This document shows positions 59,211 through 64,000 of a DNA stretch of 64,000 bases, in pieces. The position numbers were made by a program, and so were the translations under genes. Source of the stretch: Candidatus Limnocylindria bacterium (lineage in GTDB: Bacteria; Desulfobacterota; Binatia; DP-6); assembly GCA_035559675.1 (NCBI GenBank), contig DATMAZ010000220.1:11024-75023 (forward strand), written 5' to 3'. The stretch's first letter is position 1, and each line of letters opens with the position of its first letter. Under the pieces are notes generated by a model that saw only the letters and a list, made by a program, of their open reading frames with translations, ran no database searches and was not told the origin of the DNA.

Positions 59211-60959
59211 TCAGGGCAGGGTGACGGCCGTGGCATCGCCCGCGGTGGTCGCGGCGACGAGCGTCACCGGCCCGGCGGGCGCCACCGGCACGTCGAAGCG
59301 GCCGTCGGGGTCGAGCGGCGCCGCGACGCCGTCGACCAACAGCGAGGGCTCCGGCGGACCCATCTGACGCCCTTGCCAGTCGAACCAGGCGAGCGCGGCG
59401 GTGGCGAGCAGCCGATCGTGCTGGTTGAGGCCGGTCACCACCGTGAAGCCCGCGTCGAGCACCACGTAGAGCCGCTTGCCGTGGACGTTCAGCCCGAGAT
59501 GCGGGCAGAACGCGATGTCGGCGGTGAGAAACGGCCCGAGACAGGCGAGCAGCGTAGGCAGGTCGACGGCCGGGCGCGGCGCCGCCACCTGGGGGCCGAG
59601 CACGTCGGCCAGCACCACGTTCGGCGGCCGCACGTGGCCCTGCACGTGGCGGGCGCCGTCCACGTCGACCAGCCGGAGATCGTGGAACGAGGGCTTGAGC
59701 GCGCGCAGCAGATCGCGCGCCAGGCGCGCTTCGGCGAGGTGCGCGCGCAGCTCGTCCACCCAGGGCGCGATCTCCATCCCGAGCGTCGAACCGCCGAGGA
59801 CGGCCTCGATGCCGTCGGCGGCGCTTTGCTGCCGCCCGATCTCCGCGTCCAGCGCGGCGACGGCGGCGGACCAGTGGGATCCCGCATAGGTGGCCGCGAC
59901 CGCATCGACCGCCGCGGTGAGCGCGTGCGCGTCGGTGAGGTCGAGCGCCGAGCTGCGCGTCTGCTCGGCGAGCACGTCGAGCGTGCCGGGTGGGGCCAGC
60001 GCGTGGAGGGCGGCGCGCCAGGCGGCCTCGGCGTCGTAGCCTGCGGGATCGGCGAAGTAGGCGGCGGCCGCGCCGAGCGCCACCAGGCTGGCGTGCGCCT
60101 GCGTCATCGGGTTCAATAGGTGGCCGCCGCCGAGCGCAGGGCCGAGGTCGGCGGCGCGGCCGGTAAACGGGCCGAGGTGCAGGTTCGACGACAGCACCGT
60201 GTCGTTCACCGGGAAGTTGTCCCACAAGAGCAGGCGCCGTCCGCCGAGGCAGTCGCGGCGGAGCCGCGCCTGCTCGGCGGTGACGGTGGCCGGGATGACG
60301 CCGGTGCCCGTCCAGCCGACGATCGTCGAGCGCGGCAGCGTCTCGTCGAGCGCGGTGAGATACGGCGAGCAGGCCGTGCCGAAGTAGTCGGTCGGCACCA
60401 TGAAGACGAGCGCGGGAAGGCCGCGTCGGCGCAGCCAGGCATTGGTGCGGCGGACGATCCGCGCCTGCGCGCGGGCGAGCGCGTCCGGCCCGTCGCCGCC
60501 GAAGCGCGCGACGTCGTCGGGATGGGAGAGCCGCAGCGGGGCGTCGTCGAAGAAGAGCGCGAAGCGCCGGATGCCGGCACGGGCGAGCTGACGGAGCTTG
60601 CGGCGTAGCGCACGCGTGTCGTCCGGGCAGCTGTAGCAGATGTCGAGCGCGGGGCTCAGCGCATAGACGAAGCGCACCTTGGCGCGGCGCGCCTCGCGCG
60701 CGGTGAACGCCAGCTCGGACAGCTCCGCCTCGGGGTAGGGCGTGCGCCACTCGTCGCGATGAAACGGATCGTTCTTCGGCCCGTAGACGAAGGTCGTCAG
60801 GCGCTTGGCGCCGAGGAAGCGGATGACGTCGCGGCGCGCCTCGTGCGTCCAGGGGCGCCCGTAGTACCCTTCGACCACGCCGGTCATGAAGCGGGCGGCA
60901 TGCGCCATGGTCGCGGTGAGGAGCAGGGTGGCGCCGACGAGCGAGAGACGGCGACCCAT
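59211..60959 (-). CDS. Glycoside hydrolase family 84-like beta-N-acetylglucosaminidase (O-GlcNAcase/hyaluronidase-type), secreted
   Basis: Signal peptide, then GVVEGYYGRPW, FVYGPKNDPFHR and LWDNFPVND, all GH84 catalytic-domain signatures. The ATG at 60959 (MGRRLSLVG...) lies inside ORF 59211..61016. Confidence 0.75.
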   Translation of the reverse strand: MGRRLSLVGATLLLTATMAHAARFMTGVVEGYYGRPWTHEARRDVIRFLGAKRLTTFVYGPKNDPFHRDEWRTPYPEAELSELAFTAREARRAKVRFVYALSPALDICYSCPDDTRALRRKLRQLARAGIRRFALFFDDAPLRLSHPDDVARFGGDGPDALARAQARIVRRTNAWLRRRGLPALVFMVPTDYFGTACSPYLTALDETLPRSTIVGWTGTGVIPATVTAEQARLRRDCLGGRRLLLWDNFPVNDTVLSSNLHLGPFTGRAADLGPALGGGHLLNPMTQAHASLVALGAAAAYFADPAGYDAEAAWRAALHALAPPGTLDVLAEQTRSSALDLTDAHALTAAVDAVAATYAGSHWSAAVAALDAEIGRQQSAADGIEAVLGGSTLGMEIAPWVDELRAHLAEARLARDLLRALKPSFHDLRLVDVDGARHVQGHVRPPNVVLADVLGPQVAAPRPAVDLPTLLACLGPFLTADIAFCPHLGLNVHGKRLYVVLDAGFTVVTGLNQHDRLLATAALAWFDWQGRQMGPPEPSLLVDGVAAPLDPDGRFDVPVAPAGPVTLVAATTAGDATAVTLP

Positions 60960-61045
60960 CGCGCCGTGTGTAGTCGGCCCACGGGCACGGGCGCAAGCGC
61001 CGTGTCGTCTGGACACGAGCGGCGCCGCTCGGGCAAAGTGCCCGG

Positions 61046-62470
61046 ATGCACGAGCTGGCCTTCGTTCCCGCTCACGAGCTGGCGCGCCGCATCCGGTCCC
61101 GCGAGCTGTCCGCGCGCGAGGCCGTACGCGCCTGCCTCGATCGCATCGCGCGCTTCGACGGCGAGCTGCGGGCGTTCGCGTGCCTGCGCGAGCGCGAGGC
61201 GCTGGCCGAGGCGGAAGCCGTCGATGCCGCCGTGGCGCGCGGCGACGCCGTCGGCCCGCTCGGGGGCGTGCCGTTCGGCGTGAAGGACGAGCAGGACGTG
61301 GCGGGGCTGCCCACCACCTACGGCTCGGTCCCGTTCCGCACCCACGTCCCGGAGCGCGACTCGACGCTGGTGGCGCGGCTGCGGGCCGCCGGCGCCATTC
61401 CGCTCGGCAAGACCAACATGCCGGAGTTCGGCGCCACGGCGTTCACCAAGAACCTGCTCTTCGGCGTGACGCGCAACCCGTGGAATACCGCGCGCACGCC
61501 CGGCGGATCGAGCGGGGGCTCGGCCGCCGCGGTGGCGGCGGGCCTGGTGCCGTTCGCCACCGGCGGCGACGGCGGCGGCTCGATCCGCATTCCAGCGAGC
61601 TACACGGGGCTGTTCGGTTTGAAGCCCACGTTCGGGCGCATCTCGCGGGCGCCGTTCTGGTTCCGCGACTGGGTCGACACCATCTGCAAGGGGCCGCTCA
61701 CCCGCTCGGTGCGCGACGCGGCGCTCTTCATGGACGCGGTGGTGGGCTACGATCCGCTCGACCCCGACTCGCTGCCGCATCCGGGCTACGCGTACGCCGA
61801 GGTGCTGGAGTCGGTGCCGCGGGGTCTCCGCATCGCCTACAGCCCGACGCTCGGCTACGCGCGCGTCGCGCGCATGGTGAGCGCCGTGGTGGAGCCGGCG
61901 GTCGAGCGGCTCGGCCAGGTGCTCGAGCGGCCGATCGAGGTGATCGACGATCACCTGACCGACGGCGGGCTCGCCTGGGCGATGCTCAACAGCTTCGAAA
62001 CGCACGCCAAGCTCGGGCCCATGCTCGAGCAACACCGTGACGAGTGGGGTCGCGGGTTTCTAAAGGGGCTCGAGTTCGGCGCCAAGGTGACGGCCAAGCA
62101 GATCGGCGACCACATGCGCACCCGGCTGCGCCTCATCACCGAGGTGGCGGCGATCTTCGCGCGCTACGACCTCCTGGTGACGCCCACGCTGCCCACGACC
62201 GCCTTCGACGCCAAGGGGCCGATGCCGTCCGACGTGGACGGCGTGCCGTTCGACTCGCCCATCCATCCCGTCGCCTTCTCCTATCCGTTCAACCTGACCG
62301 GGCACCCGGCGTGTACGGTGCCGGCGGGCCTCGCGAGCGACGGGCTGCCGGTCGGCCTGCAGCTCGTGGCCGACCGCGGGCGCGAGGATCTCCTGCTGCG
62401 CGTGGCCCACGCGTGGGAGACCGCGTACTCGTTCCCGGCCTATCCCGCGACGCCGCGCTCGCCCGCATGA
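61046..62470 (+). CDS. Amidase-signature family amidase
   Basis: [33 protein letters not shown] is the amidase signature with the Ser-cisSer-Lys triad context. Confidence 0.88.
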   Translation: MHELAFVPAHELARRIRSRELSAREAVRACLDRIARFDGELRAFACLREREALAEAEAVDAAVARGDAVGPLGGVPFGVKDEQDVAGLPTTYGSVPFRTHVPERDSTLVARLRAAGAIPLGKTNMPEFGATAFTKNLLFGVTRNPWNTARTPGGSSGGSAAAVAAGLVPFATGGDGGGSIRIPASYTGLFGLKPTFGRISRAPFWFRDWVDTICKGPLTRSVRDAALFMDAVVGYDPLDPDSLPHPGYAYAEVLESVPRGLRIAYSPTLGYARVARMVSAVVEPAVERLGQVLERPIEVIDDHLTDGGLAWAMLNSFETHAKLGPMLEQHRDEWGRGFLKGLEFGAKVTAKQIGDHMRTRLRLITEVAAIFARYDLLVTPTLPTTAFDAKGPMPSDVDGVPFDSPIHPVAFSYPFNLTGHPACTVPAGLASDGLPVGLQLVADRGREDLLLRVAHAWETAYSFPAYPATPRSPA

Positions 62471-64000
62471 GCGGCGGGCCGGCCACGCTGCCGGCGCTGC
62501 TCGCCGACCTCGCGACCCGCCACGGCAGCCGCGAGGCACTCATCTCGGCGCGCGGCCGGCTGCGCTTCGAGGCGCTGGCGGAGCGCGTGGAGCAGGTCGC
62601 CGCGGGGCTCGCCGTGCACGGCGTCGGGCGCGGCACGCACGTCGGGCTGCTCGCGCCCAACTGGCCCGAGTGGATGGTGATCGCGTTCGCCGTCTGGAGC
62701 CGGGGCGCGCTGCTCGTTCCGCTGAACACGCTCTACACGTCGCGCGAGCTCGCGCACGCGCTCGACCACGCCGACGTGCGGCTGCTGATCGCGGTTCGCT
62801 CTTTTCTGCGCCACGACTACGTGGCCGCGCTCGACGGCGTGCGCGCTCCGTGGCTGCGGGAGATCGTGTGGCTCGACCCCCCGCCGCCCGGAGCGCCGGT
62901 CGACCTCACGCCGCTCGACGGGCACGTCGTCCCGCCCCCCGCCGGGCCTGTGGTGCAGCCGGCCGATCCGGCGACGATTCTGTTCACCTCGGGCTCGACC
63001 GCGGCGCCGAAGGGCGTCGTCCACACGCACGAGGCGCTGGTGCGGGCGGCGCTCGGGAACGCCGCGGTGCTCGGCATCACGCCCGACGACCGCACGTGGG
63101 GCTACCTGCCGTTCTTTTTCGCCGGCGGGCTCGTGGCCGTGGCGCTCGGCACGCTCGCCGCCGGCGCGGCGGTCGTGCTGCAGGAGGTGTTCGAGGCGGG
63201 CGAGACGCTCCGGCTGCTCGGGGCCGAGCGCGTGTCGGTCTTCTTCGCCTGGCCGCACCAGGCCGAGGCGCTGCTGGCGCACCCCGATTTCCCGCGGACG
63301 ACGCTGCACCTGCGCAAGGGCGTCGGCGCCAACACGAAGTGGGCGGCGGCGCTCTATCCGCCCGATCACCAGGCCGTGTCCAGCTTCGGCATGACCGAGA
63401 CGCCGCCGCTCTGCACGGCGTGGCCGTGGCATGCGCCGCTCGCCAAGCGGGCGGGCAGCCACGGCCCGGCGGTGGGCGCACGGCAGCTGCGGATCGTGGA
63501 CCCGGAGAGCAGGCATCCCGTGACGACCGGCGCCATCGGCGAGATCTGCGTGCGGGGCCCGGAGCTGCTCGCCGGCTACTACAAGGAGAGCAAGCCGCCG
63601 TTCGACGCCGACGGATTCTTCCACACGGGCGACCTCGGCTGGCTCGACGACGACGGCGCGCTCCACTTCGTCGGGCGAACGAAGGACATGGTGAAGACGG
63701 CCGGTGCCAACGTCGCCACCGCCGAAGTCGAGGCGGTGCTGCTGGAGCACGCCGCGGTCGGTGCGGCCTACGTGGTGGGCGTGCCGGATCCCGTGCGGGG
63801 CGAGAACGTGGCGGCGTTCGTGGTGCCGAAGATGCCGGTCGAGGAGGCGGCGCTGCTGGCCCACTGCCGCGCGCGGCTGGCGAGCTACAAGGTGCCGCGG
63901 CACCTCTGGCTCGTCCGCGAGGAGGACCTGCCGCAGAAGGGCAGCGGCAAGGCCGACAAGCCGGCGCTGCGGGCGCTGGCGGCGCGGCTCGCGGGCGCTA
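62467..64000 (+). CDS. AMP-dependent acyl-CoA synthetase/ligase (partial, runs off the window end)
   Basis: ATG overlaps the amidase stop as ATGA. AMP-binding motif ILFTSGSTAAPKGV, then TGDLG...DDGALHFVGR and KVPR. It is not in the ORF track because no stop falls within the window. Confidence 0.85.
   Translation, partial: MSGGPATLPALLADLATRHGSREALISARGRLRFEALAERVEQVAAGLAVHGVGRGTHVGLLAPNWPEWMVIAFAVWSRGALLVPLNTLYTSRELAHALDHADVRLLIAVRSFLRHDYVAALDGVRAPWLREIVWLDPPPPGAPVDLTPLDGHVVPPPAGPVVQPADPATILFTSGSTAAPKGVVHTHEALVRAALGNAAVLGITPDDRTWGYLPFFFAGGLVAVALGTLAAGAAVVLQEVFEAGETLRLLGAERVSVFFAWPHQAEALLAHPDFPRTTLHLRKGVGANTKWAAALYPPDHQAVSSFGMTETPPLCTAWPWHAPLAKRAGSHGPAVGARQLRIVDPESRHPVTTGAIGEICVRGPELLAGYYKESKPPFDADGFFHTGDLGWLDDDGALHFVGRTKDMVKTAGANVATAEVEAVLLEHAAVGAAYVVGVPDPVRGENVAAFVVPKMPVEEAALLAHCRARLASYKVPRHLWLVREEDLPQKGSGKADKPALRALAARLAGA

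Overview
This is a 64 kb, roughly 70% GC bacterial chromosomal window. Sec/Tat signal peptides, lipoboxes and an ABC-type polysaccharide exporter indicate a Gram-negative organism. Its affiliation is uncertain; a myxobacterial or other high-GC deltaproteobacterial-like lineage is a guess. Gene density is high, with many genes coupled by ATGA/GTGA overlaps. No rRNA, tRNA or CRISPR array was found. Annotated content, in order:
- a Wzm/Wzt ABC polysaccharide export pair divergent from two tandem paralogous GT2 glycosyltransferases;
- a Sel1/Hcp-like cysteine-rich lipoprotein, a SAM methyltransferase, hsp20, a sulfatase and an SGNH hydrolase;
- an SCP2-type thiolase, a GST, and a degenerate IS transposase remnant beside a Lys-rich repeat secreted protein;
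- a minus-strand cluster of a DedA protein, an HxD...H (2OG-oxygenase-like) protein, a 14-Cys secreted mini-protein and an ICMT-family membrane methyltransferase;
- a DUF99 protein, an F420-type LLM oxidoreductase, a DUF482 FemAB-like GNAT, a histidine kinase, clpS-clpA, a DUF2889-like protein and a large polytopic membrane protein;
- a long plus-strand gene string: HSD10-like SDR, MmsB-like dehydrogenase, periplasmic Pcm, amidohydrolase, GH31 hydrolase, a second paralog of the HxD...H protein, and speA;
- an orphan STAS-CpaF secretion-type ATPase fusion, an AGCS symporter, GluQRS, a quinone oxidoreductase, a membrane-anchored rhodanese-DUF59 fusion, and infA with an apparent TTG start;
- a GAF hybrid histidine kinase, a large NadE, a GMC oxidoreductase with its Tat small subunit, a lipoprotein, Maf, and a CarbopepD_reg/CXXCH/beta-propeller protein;
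- a xylose-isomerase-like TIM barrel, an alpha/beta hydrolase, an SDR, a CoA transferase, a YfcH epimerase, an O-methyltransferase, a GH84 O-GlcNAcase-like hydrolase, an amidase, and a partial acyl-CoA synthetase.
Many very long ORFs in the six-frame track are antisense or off-frame artefacts of high GC content and were rejected. The most unusual candidates are the Cys-rich peptide / ICMT / oxygenase-like / DedA cluster with a second copy of the oxygenase-like gene elsewhere, the STAS-CpaF fusion, and the rhodanese-DUF59 fusion.
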